Source of the DNA: an uncultured delta proteobacterium
Lineage (GTDB): Bacteria > Myxococcota > Myxococcia > Myxococcales > Myxococcaceae
Direction: 5' to 3'
Length of the DNA stretch: 64,000 nucleotides
Assembly: GCA_963731795.1 (NCBI GenBank)
Contig: CAVSWU010000003.1
Location: forward strand, 1,158,216-1,222,215
Shown here piece by piece: positions 63,565 to 64,000 of the stretch. The position numbers were made by a program, and so were the translations under genes. The notes beneath the pieces were generated by a model. The model made no database searches. It saw only the letters and a program-made list of their open reading frames with translations, and was not told where the DNA came from. How positions within the stretch are numbered: position 1 is the stretch's first letter; each line of letters starts with the position of its first letter.

Positions 63565-64000
63565 ATGACCTTCTGCCCCCACTGCGACGCCGAGAACCCC
63601 GACAACGCCACCCTCTGCCAGGCCTGCGGCGCCCCCATGCGCTCGGGCACGCTGGTGATGGCGGTGTCCCAGATCGCTCCGCGCCCCCAGGTGTCCCTCC
63701 GGGTAGTCCGCGCGGATGGCGGCCCGGAGTCCGTGGTCCGGATGAACCGGGACACCCTCACCTGTGGCCAGCAGGGAGACCTGAAGCTGCCAGACGATCC
63801 CTTCGTCATGCCCGAACAGGCCCGCTTCTTCTTCTCGGGCATCCGGCTGGCGGTGGAGGACGTGGGCGGAGCCAACGGCGTCTTCGTCCGCCTGCGCCAG
63901 GAGCGGGAGCTGACCACCGGCGGCGAGCTGCGGCTGGGCCGGCAGCGGCTGGTGCTCGAGCCCATCCCCGCGGCGTCCGCGGGGCCCGGAGGCGCCCAGA
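63565..64000 (+). CDS. zinc-ribbon + FHA-domain protein (3' end outside window)
   Basis: ATG at 63565 after GAGAGGGGGC RBS, not in ORF track because incomplete; MTFCPHCDAENPDNATLCQACG… then FHA-like …MNRDTLTCGQQGDLKLPDDPFVMPEQARFF…. Confidence 0.6.
   Translation, partial: MTFCPHCDAENPDNATLCQACGAPMRSGTLVMAVSQIAPRPQVSLRVVRADGGPESVVRMNRDTLTCGQQGDLKLPDDPFVMPEQARFFFSGIRLAVEDVGGANGVFVRLRQERELTTGGELRLGRQRLVLEPIPAASAGPGGAQ

Overview
This 64-kb window is high-GC (about 70%) myxobacterial-type chromosome (Myxococcus/Corallococcus-like codon usage and gene families) and is densely coding on both strands. It contains no rRNA, tRNA, CRISPR array or transposase. In order, it carries the following.

- **0-5 kb:** a partial alpha/beta hydrolase, an M19 dipeptidase, a degenerate Ser/Thr kinase, and two tandem PSCyt1-like small lipoproteins.
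- **5.3-7 kb:** a thiS-thiG-thiE thiamine operon.
- **7-10 kb:** a membrane protein/DUF4129/DUF4350 trio.
- **10-16 kb:** a glycan-modification block (two family-1 glycosyltransferases, a hexapeptide acetyltransferase, a Wzx-like flippase and a polysaccharide deacetylase, the last two badly fragmented).
- **16-24.5 kb:** a complete System-I cytochrome c maturation operon ccmABCDEFG-(zinc-ribbon membrane protein)-ccmH-ccmI.
- **24.5-34.6 kb:** a nine-gene Wzx/Wzy-dependent polysaccharide export/biosynthesis operon. Its gene order (short Wza, OM beta-barrel, PCP, BY-kinase, priming phosphotransferase, YvcK-like, GNAT, DegT aminotransferase, GNAT) matches the Myxococcus xanthus exoA-I spore-coat polysaccharide locus.
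- **35-47 kb:** a glycogen debranching enzyme, an EVE protein, an APC permease, a Spy/CpxP-like protein, tandem prephenate dehydratases (one bifunctional CM-PDT), a PEGA-domain Ser/Thr kinase, and a type I-beta DAHP synthase.
- **46-51.5 kb:** a signalling block (TPR protein, NtrC-like sigma54 activator, receiver-GGDEF regulator, glutaredoxin-like protein, DUF4388 protein).
- **51.5-58 kb:** a PBP transpeptidase with a C-terminal 11-aa tandem repeat tail, an ABC-2 exporter, a TusA-like protein, a three-domain DsbA oxidoreductase, and RidA.
- **58-64 kb:** RelA/SpoT and a zinc-ribbon FHA / Ser/Thr kinase / FHA triad.

The sequence carries many single-nucleotide frame disruptions, clustered at 13-21 kb and 47-60 kb. 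They hit housekeeping genes (ccmB/C/E/F, relA, PBP, NtrC-like), so they may be assembly errors rather than true pseudogenes. All coordinates of affected genes are composite spans.
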